Assembly (NCBI GenBank): GCA_964480485.1 | Contig: CAYZOP010000007.1 | Span: 3,914-67,913, forward strand | Source: an uncultured Desulfobacterales bacterium | GTDB lineage: Bacteria; Desulfobacterota; Desulfobaccia; Desulfobaccales; 0-14-0-80-60-11 | DNA length: 64,000 bases | Direction of reading: 5' to 3' | In this document: piece after piece, positions 9,255-22,119 of the stretch | Layout of the letters: the number at the start of each line of letters is the position of its first letter | Position numbering within the stretch: position 1 is the stretch's first letter | Position numbers and translations under genes: made by a program | Notes under the pieces: model-generated | Told to the model about the DNA's origin: nothing | The model's input: only the letters and a program-made list of their open reading frames with translations | The model's database searches: none

Positions 9255-10376
9255 ATGCCGCTGTTTTTCGTTGTCCTTATCGTTCTCAGCCTGATTGCGG
9301 CGCCCTTCCCCGCGCCGGCCGCGGCCCCTCCCCTCAAGATCGGCCTCTACCTCCCCATGACCGGGGCGGCCGCAGCCATGGGCCAGATGGTCTGGGAGGG
9401 GGTGCAGACGGCCCACCGGATCAAGCCCGCCATTCTGGGACGGAAGGTGCAGCTGGTGTTGGTGGACACCAAGAGCGACAAGGTGGAGGCCGCCCTGGCG
9501 GTGTCCCGCCTCATCGAAAAAGACCAGGTGCAGGCCATTATCGGCGAGGTGATTTCCAGCGACACCCTGGCGGGCGCGCCCATTGCCGAGCGGGCGCAAA
9601 TCCCCAACATCTCTCCCACGGCCACCAACCCCCTGGTGACCCAGGGGCGCCAGTATGCCTTTCGGGCCTGCTTTGTGGACGACCTCCAGGGCAAGGTTGC
9701 GGCCCGCTATGCCTTCGAACACCTCAAGGCCCGGCGGGTGGCGGTGCTCATCGACCAGGCCCAGGACTACTGCGTGGGCCTGGGCACCTTCTTTATGCAG
9801 GAATTTAAGAGGCTGGGCGGCGAGATCGTGGCCACCAGCTTCATTCAGAGCGGCGATCAGGACTTCACCGCCCAGCTGTCATCCTTCAAGGCCAGGCAGC
9901 CGGACCTGTTGTACGCCCCCAACTACTTCGCCGAGGATGCCCTCCTGGCCCGCCAGATGCACTCCCTGGGCCTGAAGATCCCCATCCTCACCGGCGACGG
10001 GGCCCAGGTGCCGGAGCTTTTGAGCATCGGCGGGGCGGCGGTGGAGGGCATGTATTTCACCGCCCACTTTCACCGCCAGGGCATCGCCACCGATTTGGGG
10101 AAACAGTTCATCCAGGCCTATGAGGACGCTTATAAAAAGGAGCTGGACGCCTTTGCGGCCTTGGGCGGCGAGTGTTATGTTCTTCTGGCCCAGGCCATGG
10201 AGCAGGCCGGGGGCACCGGCGGCCCCCAGGTGGCCCAGGCCCTGGCCCGCATTAAGGACTTTCCCGGCATCACCGGCCAGCTCAGCATGGGCCCGGACCA
10301 CAACCCGGTGAAGGGCGTGGTGATCATCAAGGTGGAAAACGGCAAATTCGCCTATCAGACGACGATGCACCCTTAA
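9255..10376 (+). CDS. ABC transporter substrate-binding protein (LivK / type 1 periplasmic binding fold)
   Basis: 373 aa with a signal peptide. The body resembles a branched-chain amino acid binding protein ([16 protein letters not shown]..., ...FTAQL...PDLLY). Confidence 0.85.
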   Translation: MPLFFVVLIVLSLIAAPFPAPAAAPPLKIGLYLPMTGAAAAMGQMVWEGVQTAHRIKPAILGRKVQLVLVDTKSDKVEAALAVSRLIEKDQVQAIIGEVISSDTLAGAPIAERAQIPNISPTATNPLVTQGRQYAFRACFVDDLQGKVAARYAFEHLKARRVAVLIDQAQDYCVGLGTFFMQEFKRLGGEIVATSFIQSGDQDFTAQLSSFKARQPDLLYAPNYFAEDALLARQMHSLGLKIPILTGDGAQVPELLSIGGAAVEGMYFTAHFHRQGIATDLGKQFIQAYEDAYKKELDAFAALGGECYVLLAQAMEQAGGTGGPQVAQALARIKDFPGITGQLSMGPDHNPVKGVVIIKVENGKFAYQTTMHP

Positions 10377-10625
10377 TTTTCGCAGTTGTCCCGGAGAAGG
10401 ACGGCTAAGGGGCCGAAGCCACGGAACAAATGGAAGAAACAGCAAAGAACCCCAAGGAAGAACAGAACATCTGACAACGGAAGTGGATTTCCGTGATTAT
10501 CCCCGGCCTTACGGGAAATTGCCGGAATGGGCCACAAGCGAGTTTCCCTCACAACGGCATCAGGTGCTGATGAGGCTGATCTCCTGGACCGACACGGCTG
10601 GCCTGGAAATCTGAGGTAGTGAACC

Positions 10626-10777
10626 ATGAAACGCCAGCCTACCGCCATCCTCGAGCGGGAAGACGATGGCCATGTGGCTCTCGGTCCCGAGTTTGACCTG
10701 GCCGGCCGGGAGATCCTATCAAGAAAATCCGCCCAAACCTGAAGGAAGCCTTGGAATTATTGCTTGAAATGTCATGA
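10626..10777 (+). pseudogene. HicB-like (UPF0150) antitoxin remnant with a frameshift
   Basis: Frame 1 reads MKRQPTAILEREDDGHVALGPEFDLAGRE and then stops at 10740. The next frame reads ...DPIKKIRPNLKEALELLLEMS* (stop 10775-10777). Joined, the two resemble a small HicB antitoxin. The span is 152 nt, which is not a multiple of 3. Confidence 0.35.
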
Positions 10778-10873
10778 GCGTAAGAAAGCCATGACCGGAG
10801 TCCTAGGAAGGATCCCAACCTCATTTTTCTGTCATAAAGGTCAGTCATCCTGAAGCAGCTCGACTTTTTCACC

Positions 10874-13318
<2,445 letters not shown>

Positions 13319-14442
13319 TCCGCCGGTGGCGGTCATCGGCGCGGGCTCCTGGGGCACGGCCTTGGCCCAGCTGCTGGCAGACAAGGGGCTGGCCGTCCGC
13401 CTGTGGGTCAGGGAGCCGGAGGTCCTGGAGCAGATCTCCCGGGGGGAAAACACTGCTTTTCTGCCCGGGGTGCGCCTCTCCCTTCGCCTGCGGCCCACCC
13501 TGGATCTGGCGGAAGCCCTGAGCGGCGCAGGACTCGCCCTCATGGCCGTGCCCTCCCACGTTTTCCGGGAGACCCTGAGGAAAGCCGCACCGCTTTTAAC
13601 CCCGGCCACCATTTTGGCAAGCGCCACCAAAGGCCTGGAAATCGACACCCAGCTCACCATGGAAGGGGTGGTCCGGGAAGAGTTGGGAGCGGAGGTTCCG
13701 TATGCCGTGCTCTCCGGCCCCAGCTTCGCCCGGGAGGTGGCCGCCCGGCAGCCCACGGCGGTGACCGTGGCCAGTCGCCGACCGGACACGGCCCGCCTCC
13801 TGCAACGCCTGTTTTCCACCTCCTATTTCCGGGTGTACACCAGTTACGATGTTACCGGCCTGGAGCTGGGGGGCGCGGTGAAAAACGTCTTTGCCATCGG
13901 CGCCGGTCTGCTGGCGGGGGTGGGTCTGGGTGACAACCCCCGGGCGGCCCTCATCACCCGGGGACTGGCGGAGATCACCCGGCTGGGAATGCGGCTGGGG
14001 GCCAACCCCATGACGTTGGTGGGTCTGGGGGGGCTGGGGGACCTGATCCTTACCTGCACCAGCCCCCTGAGCCGCAATTATCAGGTGGGCCTGCGTTTGG
14101 GGCGGGGGGAATCCCTGGAGGAAATCCTGGCCAGCATGCAGATGGTGGCCGAAGGCGTCAAGACCTCCCGGGCCGTCTATCTGCTGGCCCAACGGCTCGG
14201 GGTGGAAATGCCCATCGTGGAAGCCGTCTATCACATCCTTTATTCCGGCTTCTCCCTGAAGGAGGCCATCCGCAGGCTCATGGCCCGGGAACTCAAAGAC
14301 GAACTGGAAGCCATGGTCGAAACCTGGTAAAACCGGGAAGGGAGCGGAAGGGATAGGGCAGATACCCAGGGTGGCGAAGGGCCGTCACCCTGAGGACGTC
14401 CGTAGGAACCGCACCCAGGGAAAAACGGAGGTTCAAGGGTCC

Positions 14443-15840
14443 ATGAGAAGTTGTGAAATCGTCGCCGTCAAGGACGAGCGCCCCATGGTGTTCGAGGAAG
14501 TGGACACCTGCATTCCCACCCTGGGAGAGGCCAAGATCGATTCCCCCATCAAGAGCATTCCGCTGTTCACCCGGGAAGGCCGGCTGGTGGAGGAGAGCTT
14601 TGTGACGGATGTTGAGCGGGTCCTGGTGTACGATACCCTGCACTACCTGGAGCAACTGGCGCCGGGACAACGGCCTCTGACCTTCGAGGTGGCGGGCCCC
14701 CGGGCCAAGATCTATTTCGACCCCTCCAAGACCCGCTGCGCCATCGTTACCTGCGGCGGCCTGTGCCCCGGAATCAACGACGTGATCCGAGCCATCGTGC
14801 TGGAGCTCCACCACCTGTACCGCGTGCGTCACATCTACGGCATCCGCTACGGCTTTCAGGGCTTTATTCCCAAATACGGCCACGAAATGCTGGAGCTGAC
14901 CCCAGAGGTGGTGGCCACCATCCATTCCTTCGGGGGCACCATCCTGTCGTCCTCCCGGGGTCCCCAGGATATAGGGGAAATCGTGGACGCCCTGGACCGC
15001 CTGAGCATCCAGATCCTCTTTCTCATCGGCGGCGACGGCACCCTGAGGGCCGCTGACCGCATCGTGGAGGAGGTCGGCCGGCGGGGGTTGAAAATCAGCG
15101 TCATCATTATCCCCAAAACCATCGACAACGATATCCCGCTGGTCTCCCGCTCCTTCGGCTTCGATACCGCGGTGGAGATGGCCACCGAGGCGATTCGCGC
15201 CGCCCATACCGAAGCCCTGGGTGCGCCCAACGGCATCGGCTTGGTCAAGCTCATGGGGCGCTACTCCGGCTTCGTGGCGGCCAACGCCACCCTGGCCTTG
15301 CGGGAGGTCAATTACGTGCTGATCCCGGAGGTGGACTTTGACCTGGAGGGGCCCCAGGGTCTGCTGGCCAGCCTGGAGGAGCGGTTGAAAGCCAGAAACC
15401 ATGCGGTCATCGTGGTGGCGGAAGGGGCCGGCCAGAAATTCTTCAAACTGGAGGACCTGCCCCGGGACCCCTCGGGAAACGTCAAGCCGGGGGACATCGG
15501 GGTCTATCTGGCCGACCGCATCAAGGCGCATTTTGCCGCCAAGCGAATGGAGATCAACCTGAAATATATCGATCCCAGCTATATGATCCGCAGCCTGCCG
15601 GCGAATTATAACGACCGGATCTTCTGCGGTTTTCTGGGCCAAAACGCCGTGCACGCCGGCATGGCCGGCAAGACCGCCATGCTGGTCTCCCGCTGGCACG
15701 GCCACTACGTCCATGTGCCCATCCGGGCCGCGGTGGGCAAGTCCAAGGACGTGGACCTGGATTCACCCCTCTGGCGCTGCGTGCTGGAATCCACCGGCCA
15801 GCCGCCGCTCAAGAACTGTCCGCCGGTGACCTGTGAATGA
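14443..15840 (+). CDS. pfk: 6-phosphofructokinase (ATP- or PPi-dependent, long form)
   Basis: PFK motifs TCGGLCPGIND, IGGDGT, PKTIDNDI, MGR. The start is chosen at ATG 14443, downstream of GGAGG. The track ORF begins at GTG 14371. Confidence 0.88.
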   Translation: MRSCEIVAVKDERPMVFEEVDTCIPTLGEAKIDSPIKSIPLFTREGRLVEESFVTDVERVLVYDTLHYLEQLAPGQRPLTFEVAGPRAKIYFDPSKTRCAIVTCGGLCPGINDVIRAIVLELHHLYRVRHIYGIRYGFQGFIPKYGHEMLELTPEVVATIHSFGGTILSSSRGPQDIGEIVDALDRLSIQILFLIGGDGTLRAADRIVEEVGRRGLKISVIIIPKTIDNDIPLVSRSFGFDTAVEMATEAIRAAHTEALGAPNGIGLVKLMGRYSGFVAANATLALREVNYVLIPEVDFDLEGPQGLLASLEERLKARNHAVIVVAEGAGQKFFKLEDLPRDPSGNVKPGDIGVYLADRIKAHFAAKRMEINLKYIDPSYMIRSLPANYNDRIFCGFLGQNAVHAGMAGKTAMLVSRWHGHYVHVPIRAAVGKSKDVDLDSPLWRCVLESTGQPPLKNCPPVTCE

Positions 15841-15951
15841 GAAGCGCCGGTGGTCTGATGCTGCTGAAACAACTCTGCGGCAAGGGGGCGCAGGCCTCTC
15901 GGCCTTGCCGGCCGGATCTGACTGGTTCAGCCGATGCCTCCGTGAGGGAGT

Positions 15952-16377
15952 ATGTCCCGTAACCTGAGAGCCGGGGCCAGGATGACCCAGGGGGAGGCCG
16001 AACCGGTCTTCGCGTGCCGCCAGTGCGGGGAGTGCTGCCAGGGGGCGGGGGGCATCCTGGTGACGCCGGCGGAAACCCGGGCCTTGGCGGAATACCTTGG
16101 CCTCAGCCCCCGGGAGTTCGCCCGCCGCTACCTGGTGGACTCCCCCCTGGGCCCCCAGGTGGCGGAGAAAGACGGCGCCTGCGTCTTCCTCCAGGAGGCG
16201 CGCTGCCGGGTGCACCCGGTGAAGCCCCGCATCTGCCGGGAGTGGCCCTTCTTGCCGGCGCTTTTGGCCCACCCCGACGAGTTCGAGGCAGCCAAGGGGG
16301 CCTGCCCGGGGCTGGCGCCGGCGTCCCGGCACCAGGACTTCGTCCGGCAGGCTGAAACCCAGGGGTCAGGGGCTTAA
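15952..16377 (+). CDS. YkgJ-family cysteine-cluster (UPF0153) protein
   Basis: CRQCGECC...GACVFL...RCRVHPVKPRICREWPF. This is the YkgJ CxxCxxCC pattern. Confidence 0.75.
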   Translation: MSRNLRAGARMTQGEAEPVFACRQCGECCQGAGGILVTPAETRALAEYLGLSPREFARRYLVDSPLGPQVAEKDGACVFLQEARCRVHPVKPRICREWPFLPALLAHPDEFEAAKGACPGLAPASRHQDFVRQAETQGSGA

Positions 16378-16510
16378 CGTTTGTGCGGGAAACGGTCTTC
16401 CTTTTCAGGGACTGCGCTTCCCGGGAGCGGGCTCTCCCGCTGCTTTGTCCCAAACCCCGGCGGCCTTTGACGTTGGACTGTTGCCATCGGATCCTGAATG
16501 ACACACTGCC

Positions 16511-17125
16511 ATGGAACAGGCTATGAAGATTCTGGTTATTCTGGCCCATCCCAATCCCGCGAGCTTCAACCACGCCATCGCCGCCCAGGCAGTGGCCACC
16601 TTGAAGCAGAACGGCCATGAGGTGTTCTTCCACGACCTCTACGCCGAGGGCTTCGACCCCATTCTGCCGGCCGCGGAAATCCCGGCGGACGGCCCGGTAC
16701 CGCCTGCCATCCGGGAGCACTGCCGGGAGCTGTCCCAGGTTCAGGGCCTCATCATCGTGCACCCCAACTGGTGGGGCCAGCCGCCGGCCATCCTCAAAGG
16801 CTGGGTGGACCGGGTCTTCCGGCCCGGGGTGGCTTACAAGTTTGCCGAGGGCGACGGCGGCGAAGGCGTGCCCCTGGGGCTCCTGAAAGCCCAAACCGCC
16901 CTGGTCTTCAACACCTCCAACACGCCGGCCTTGCGGGAAGCGCAGGTCTTTCGGGACCCACTGGAGACTCTCTGGCGCATCTGCATCTTCGCGTTGTGCG
17001 GCGTTCAGCTCTTCCAGCGGAAAACCTTTGCCGTGGTGGTTACCAGCACTCCGACCCAGCGCCAGGCCTGGCTTCGGGAGGTGGCGGATTTGGTGGCCGA
17101 ACACTTTCCGGCCAACGCCGGCTGA
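16511..17125 (+). CDS. Flavodoxin-like fold NAD(P)H (quinone) oxidoreductase
   Basis: MKILVILAHPNPASFNHAIA...HDLYAEGFDPIL...IIVHPNWWGQPPAILKGWVDRV (Flavodoxin_2 family). The start is ATG 16511 or ATG 16523. Confidence 0.8.
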   Translation: MEQAMKILVILAHPNPASFNHAIAAQAVATLKQNGHEVFFHDLYAEGFDPILPAAEIPADGPVPPAIREHCRELSQVQGLIIVHPNWWGQPPAILKGWVDRVFRPGVAYKFAEGDGGEGVPLGLLKAQTALVFNTSNTPALREAQVFRDPLETLWRICIFALCGVQLFQRKTFAVVVTSTPTQRQAWLREVADLVAEHFPANAG

Positions 17126-17148
17126 TTCTGTTTGTTTAGAGGAGATAC

Positions 17149-17913
17149 ATGTCTTTATCTTACCGCCATTGCATCCTGGCCCTGGCGCTGTGGGCCGGGC
17201 TGTTCATTCACCCGGCCGCCGCAGCCCCAGAAGAGGCTGCCGCCGAAGCTGCCTTCAACCGGGGCATCGCGGCCCTGCAGGAGGGCAACCCCTCCCAGGC
17301 CGTGCAGCAGTTCAGCGAGGTCATCCAGCGGCAACCGGAGCTGCCGGAGGCCTACATCAATCGAGGGGTGGCCCAGCGCCGCCTGGGAAAGTTCTCCGAC
17401 GCCTTGGCCGACTTCAGCAAGGCCATCGATTTAGCGCCGGGAGCTCCCGAGGCCTATTACAACCGGGCCCTGCTCCATTCCCTTATGGACGCGCCGGACA
17501 AAGCCCTGGCCGACCTGACCGAAGCCCTGAAGTATGACGAAAAAGACTGGCAGATTTATTACAACCGCGGCAACGCTTACCTGGACCTGAAAAAGCCGGA
17601 AGCGGCCCTGAAAGACTATGCCCGGGCCTTGGAGCTCAGGCCCAACGCCCCGGAAGTACTGCACAACCAGGGGCTGGCCCATTTTTTGGCCAATCAGCCC
17701 GAGGCGGCCCTGAAGGACTTTGACCGCACCCTGGCCCTCAATCCCCATTTCGCCCGGGCCTACTTCAACAAGGCCCAGGCCCTGGAAAGACTGGGCCGCC
17801 TGGACGACGCCCGGCGGGCCTACCGCCAGTTCCTTAAGAGCGCCGACCCGGAAAAGGACCGGGGCCTCATGGAAAAAACCCTGGCCATCCTGAGGGAGTC
17901 GGAAGCAAAATGA
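17149..17913 (+). CDS. Secreted TPR-repeat protein
   Basis: Signal peptide, followed by six or more tandem 34-aa TPR units (A..Y.NRG.A...L....AL.D...AL.L.P). Confidence 0.8.
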   Translation: MSLSYRHCILALALWAGLFIHPAAAAPEEAAAEAAFNRGIAALQEGNPSQAVQQFSEVIQRQPELPEAYINRGVAQRRLGKFSDALADFSKAIDLAPGAPEAYYNRALLHSLMDAPDKALADLTEALKYDEKDWQIYYNRGNAYLDLKKPEAALKDYARALELRPNAPEVLHNQGLAHFLANQPEAALKDFDRTLALNPHFARAYFNKAQALERLGRLDDARRAYRQFLKSADPEKDRGLMEKTLAILRESEAK

Positions 17914-17982
17914 GGGATCGTTGAGGGGCGGGCCGCCAACCCCCGGCTCCCGCTCCCGGACCACCGTCATGATCCAGAAGCC

Positions 17983-19518
17983 ATGGCATTCTACATTACC
18001 ACACCCATTTATTATGTGAACGCCGAGCCCCATGTGGGGCACGCCTATACCACGGTGGTAGCCGACGCCCTGGCCCGCTTCCATCGCCTGGCGGGCGAAG
18101 CGGTGCGGTTCCAGACCGGCACCGACGAGCACGGCGACAAGGTGCAGGAGGCCGCGGCCAAGGCCGGGCTGCCGGTCAAGGAGTTCGCCGACCGCATCAG
18201 CGGCAGCTTCCGGATGAGCTGGGACGCCATGGGCATCAGTTACGACCGCTTCATCCGCACCACCGAGCCCGGCCACCGCCGAGTGGTCCAGGCCGTCCTG
18301 GACCAGCTCCACCGGTCCGGCGATATCTACTTCGGCGACTACGGCGGACTCTATTGCTTCGGCTGCGAACGCTTTTACCTGGAGCGGGAGCTCATTGACG
18401 GCAAATGTCCCGACCACCAGGTGGAGCCCAGCTTTATCAAGGAAGAAAACTACTTTTTCCGGATGAGCCGCTACCAGGACTGGCTTCTGTCCCATATCAA
18501 AACCCACCCGGACTGGATCCGGCCGGAACGCTACCGCAACGAGGTCCTGGGGTTCTTGCGGGAGCCCCTGGAGGATCTGTGCATCTCCCGGCCCGCCAAG
18601 CGTCTCTCCTGGGGCATCCCTTTGCCCTTCGACGAGCGCTTTGTGGCCTACGTCTGGTTCGACGCCCTGCTCAACTATCTTACCGGCCTCAACTATCCCG
18701 AGGATGAGGCCTACCGCACCTTCTGGCCTGCGGCCCAGCACCTCATCGCCAAGGATATCCTGAAGCCCCACGCCATTTACTGGCCCACCATGCTCAAGGC
18801 CGCCGGGGTGGAACCCTTTCAGCACCTGAATGTGCACGGCTACTGGCAGATGGCGGCCGGGAAGATGTCCAAGAGTCTGGGCAACGTGGTGGAACCCCTG
18901 ACCCTCATCGAGAGGTATGGTCTCGACCAGGTGCGGTACTTTTTCCTCCGGGAGATGGTCTTTGGTCTGGACGCCACCTTCAGCGAGGACCTGCTCAGAA
19001 GCCGCATCAATGCCGATCTGGCCAATGATCTGGGAAACCTGTTGGCCCGCAGCCTGGGGATGGCCTTCAAATACCGCCAAGGCATCGTGCCGGCCCCCGG
19101 GGTCCCCGAGGCCGTGGACCAGGAGGTGGTGAAGGCCGCCCGGGAGATGTCCCGGGATTTCCTGCACCTTTTTCCCAGCCTGGAGTTCCCCAGGGCGCTG
19201 GCGAGGGTGTGGGAGTTCATCAGTCACCTGAACCACTACATCGTGGCCACGGCACCCTGGGAGTTGGCCAAGGACGCCAAGGCCACATCCCGCCTGGACA
19301 CGGTGCTCTACCACCTGCTGGAGGGCCTGCGCTGGCTGGCGGTGCTGCTGCACCCGGTGATGCCGGGCAGCTCTTTAAAGATGAGCGAGCAGTTGGGCTT
19401 GGGGCCGGGGCTGTTCGAGCCACCCCTGCCCCGCCTGCTCACCTGGGGACGCCTGACCCCCGGCGGCTCCCTGAAAAAAGGCAAACCTCTCTTCCCCCGC
19501 ATCGAGGAAGAGAGCTGA
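17983..19518 (+). CDS. metG: Methionine--tRNA ligase (short form)
   Basis: HVGHAY (HIGH) and KMSKS motifs, plus a CFGCERF knuckle. Confidence 0.95.
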   Translation: MAFYITTPIYYVNAEPHVGHAYTTVVADALARFHRLAGEAVRFQTGTDEHGDKVQEAAAKAGLPVKEFADRISGSFRMSWDAMGISYDRFIRTTEPGHRRVVQAVLDQLHRSGDIYFGDYGGLYCFGCERFYLERELIDGKCPDHQVEPSFIKEENYFFRMSRYQDWLLSHIKTHPDWIRPERYRNEVLGFLREPLEDLCISRPAKRLSWGIPLPFDERFVAYVWFDALLNYLTGLNYPEDEAYRTFWPAAQHLIAKDILKPHAIYWPTMLKAAGVEPFQHLNVHGYWQMAAGKMSKSLGNVVEPLTLIERYGLDQVRYFFLREMVFGLDATFSEDLLRSRINADLANDLGNLLARSLGMAFKYRQGIVPAPGVPEAVDQEVVKAAREMSRDFLHLFPSLEFPRALARVWEFISHLNHYIVATAPWELAKDAKATSRLDTVLYHLLEGLRWLAVLLHPVMPGSSLKMSEQLGLGPGLFEPPLPRLLTWGRLTPGGSLKKGKPLFPRIEEES

Positions 19519-19583
19519 CGATGGGGGGAGGGGCCGGGTGCGCCCTGGATCCGTCCCTAAAACGGCCCCGGCCATGGATTCAC

Positions 19584-20138
19584 ATGAGTATGGAATTTCC
19601 CCGGCTATGGCGCTGGCTGGCCGCAAGTCTTGCCTGTCTGCTGCCGGCCTGCGGGGGGCCGCCCCGGCCGCTGCCGCCCGCCGCCCCCCCGCCGGCCGTC
19701 TGGCGCACCCCCCAGGAAGTTTCTCTGGAACAGGCGGTGCAGACTTTTTATGGCGCCCCCTACAAGCCCGGCGGCACCGACCCCAGCGGGGTTGACTGCT
19801 CCGGACTGGTGCAGGGGGCCTTTCGACAGGCCGACATCGCCCTGCCCCGCACGGTGGCCCAGCAGTTCACCGCCGGCCGCCCGGTGGAGTTGGGCGCGCT
19901 CCGCTTCGGAGACGTGCTCTTCTTCAACCGCTACTGCCAGGTAAAGAAGAGCGAATGGTTCACGGCCGGCATCCTCAATCCCGGCCAGTTGGCGGAAGTT
20001 TGCCATAACGGTATCTATTTGGGGGACGGACGGTTTATCCACGCGTCGCCCCGGGGAGTCTTTATCAGCCGCCTGGACGCCGAGGTCTGGCGCACTTCCT
20101 TTGTGGGAGCCAGGCGCTACCTGGCTCCGGGGCCATAG
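19584..20138 (+). CDS. NlpC/P60 (C40) peptidoglycan endopeptidase lipoprotein
   Basis: Lipobox LLPAC. Catalytic block GVDCSGLV and H in GIYLGDGRFIHAS. The track ORF 19209 start lies inside metG and was rejected. Confidence 0.85.
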   Translation: MSMEFPRLWRWLAASLACLLPACGGPPRPLPPAAPPPAVWRTPQEVSLEQAVQTFYGAPYKPGGTDPSGVDCSGLVQGAFRQADIALPRTVAQQFTAGRPVELGALRFGDVLFFNRYCQVKKSEWFTAGILNPGQLAEVCHNGIYLGDGRFIHASPRGVFISRLDAEVWRTSFVGARRYLAPGP

Positions 20139-20160
20139 CAGCAAGGCGGGAGGACAAGCT

Positions 20161-20685
20161 ATGCGTGTGTGCATTACGCCCAGTCGCCGGCAGCGGTGGG
20201 GGGCGCCGGCGGTCATCCTGGTGGGTTTGACCCTGGGGGGATTCGCCTGTGAAACCGGGGTCCGCACCCCCATCGGCGATATCTACTGGACGCAGTTCCA
20301 ACAGCAGCGCCAGGCGGCCCGGGAAGAAGCGGTGGCCCGCTACAACTATTGTCCCGAGGGCGGGTGCGTCATCCGCCTGGAGAGTGTTGAAGTGCAGCCG
20401 GCGCTCCCGGCGCGCGGCGAGCCCCTCCAGGTTACCATCGCCTATACCCTGCTTACTGCCCAGGATACGCCCATCCCGGTAACGATCTCACGGGAACTGG
20501 CATTGGGGGGCAAATCCCTGGGCCGGGTCAAGGACACGATTACCACCCAGGGGAACGGCACCTGGAGTCAGCGGGTGGATTTCTCCCTGCCGGCGGGCGC
20601 CCCTCCAGGGCTCTATACCATGGTAACCCGGATCAACTCCCCTTACGGGAGCGACAGCAAAAGCATCCAGTTCACGGTCAGGTGA
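20161..20685 (+). CDS. Hypothetical lipoprotein (beta-rich)
   Basis: MRVCITPSRRQRWGAPAVILVGLTLGGFAC is a lipobox-like N-terminus. I recognise no family. Confidence 0.55.
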   Translation: MRVCITPSRRQRWGAPAVILVGLTLGGFACETGVRTPIGDIYWTQFQQQRQAAREEAVARYNYCPEGGCVIRLESVEVQPALPARGEPLQVTIAYTLLTAQDTPIPVTISRELALGGKSLGRVKDTITTQGNGTWSQRVDFSLPAGAPPGLYTMVTRINSPYGSDSKSIQFTVR

Positions 20686-20835
20686 AGGCCGGTTCCCTCA
20701 GGGGCGGCGCATGGGTGAGGCGGCGGCAAAAACCCTCCCCCTGGTCTGGAAGCCCGGCTATAATCAAGCGTATGGCAACACCTGAGAACAAGGCGGGGGC
20801 GGCGCGCCCCCTGGTCGGTTTCCTTCACCCCTGCC

Positions 20836-21819
20836 ATGTCTAAACCGGCCCCTCAGCCCCCGCAGGTCAACTATCTGCGCCTGTCCATCACCGACCGCTG
20901 CAACCTCCGGTGTTTTTATTGCCTGCCGGGCAAGGGGTTTGAAAAACTCCCCGCCGGCGAGATCCTGCGGTATGAGGAGTTCCTGCGGCTGGCCCGGGTG
21001 GCCGCCGGTCTGGGCCTTAAGAAAATCCGGGTCACCGGCGGCGAGCCGCTCATCCGGCTGGGCGCAGTGGACTTTCTGGCCCGCCTGACCCAGGTTCCCG
21101 GCGTCCAGGAGGTCTGCCTCACCACCAACGGGGTGCGGCTGGCGGAGCTGGCCGGGGACCTTTACGCCGCCGGAGTGCGCCATCTCAACCTGAGTCTGGA
21201 CACCCTCGATGCGGCCCGCTATGAGGAAATCACCGGCGGGGACCATTTCGCCCGGGTCATGGCCGGCTTGGACCGGGCCTTGGCCCTGGGCTTTCATCCG
21301 GTGAAGATCAACTGCGTCGTGCTCCGAGGCCTGAACGACGGGGAGGTGCTGCAATTTGCCCTTCTGGCCAAAGAAGCCCCGGTGCAGGTTCGATTCATCG
21401 AATTCATGCCCATTGTCAATCAGGAGCGCTGGGAGGCTCACTTTCTCCCCATGGCGGAGGTGAAGGCGCGGCTGGCGGCATTGGGACCCATGACCGCCGT
21501 GCCCGCCCGACTCACGGCCGGCCCGGCCGAGATTTGGCGGCCCGCCGGTTTTCGCGGGGAGCTGGGGTTCATCAGTCCGGTGAGTTCCCACCACTGTCCC
21601 ACCTGCAACCGCCTGCGCCTCACCGCGGCAGGCAGGCTGCGCCCCTGCCTGTTTTCCTCGCAGGAAATTGATATCAAGGGGCCGTTGCGGGCCGGCGCCT
21701 CCGACGACCAATTGGCCGCCGTCTTTCGGGAGGCGGTGCGGCGCAAAGACCGCCGGCCCCGGGGCTGCCTGCCCACCGACCCCGGAGCCGCCCGCCCCAT
21801 GGCGAGCATCGGCGGCTGA
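20836..21819 (+). CDS. moaA: GTP 3',8-cyclase (molybdenum cofactor biosynthesis protein A)
   Basis: Radical-SAM motif CNLRCFYC, the second cluster C..CNRLRLT, and a C-terminal GG. Confidence 0.93.
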   Translation: MSKPAPQPPQVNYLRLSITDRCNLRCFYCLPGKGFEKLPAGEILRYEEFLRLARVAAGLGLKKIRVTGGEPLIRLGAVDFLARLTQVPGVQEVCLTTNGVRLAELAGDLYAAGVRHLNLSLDTLDAARYEEITGGDHFARVMAGLDRALALGFHPVKINCVVLRGLNDGEVLQFALLAKEAPVQVRFIEFMPIVNQERWEAHFLPMAEVKARLAALGPMTAVPARLTAGPAEIWRPAGFRGELGFISPVSSHHCPTCNRLRLTAAGRLRPCLFSSQEIDIKGPLRAGASDDQLAAVFREAVRRKDRRPRGCLPTDPGAARPMASIGG

Positions 21820-22056
21820 GGCCGCCGTCTGTTTCTCCCTTGCTCTCAATTTGACAGGCAGGTGCCGTTCACCGGGGGCGGGCTTTCTCATTTTGCCAGG
21901 GATGCCGGTGAGGCAGGCGGCTCCCCAGGGACAATGGCCGCGCCCGGCCTGCACTTCCAGGGTGAGTTGACGGGCCTCCAACCGCGCCCGGCCGCTGGCA
22001 TGCGTACTGCACAAGCTGGTTCAAACCGATTTTTTCCGGCAACGTTCACCAGCGGC

Positions 22057-22084
22057 TTGGGGCCGCCGGGAAACTTGGTATAAT
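22057..22084 (+). promoter_or_regulatory. Sigma70-like promoter with extended -10 (TTGGGG-16 nt-TGgTATAAT)
   Basis: TATAAT at 22079-22084 is preceded by TGG. TTGGGG lies at 22057-22062. Sits 36 nt upstream of the GT2 ATG, which has an AAGGAG RBS. Confidence 0.4.
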
Positions 22085-22119
22085 GCAGGCGGCAATCGCC
22101 GCTTCAAGGAGTCAGATGC

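Noticed and set aside
19209-19583. Long N-terminal extensions of track ORFs (19209, 23321, 41803, 57235, 8585..9337, 51254..52348, 52357, 30413, 44406, 3559, 6478)
   Set aside because: The extensions run through the upstream gene or through intergenic repeats. An internal ATG with an RBS coincides with the start of the conserved domain or signal peptide.
20686-20835. Possible Moco riboswitch or promoter upstream of moaA (GCTATAAT, GGGGGCGGCGCGCCCCC palindrome)
   Set aside because: I cannot find the conserved Moco-riboswitch core by eye, and the -35 region is poor. This needs a covariance-model search before any call.
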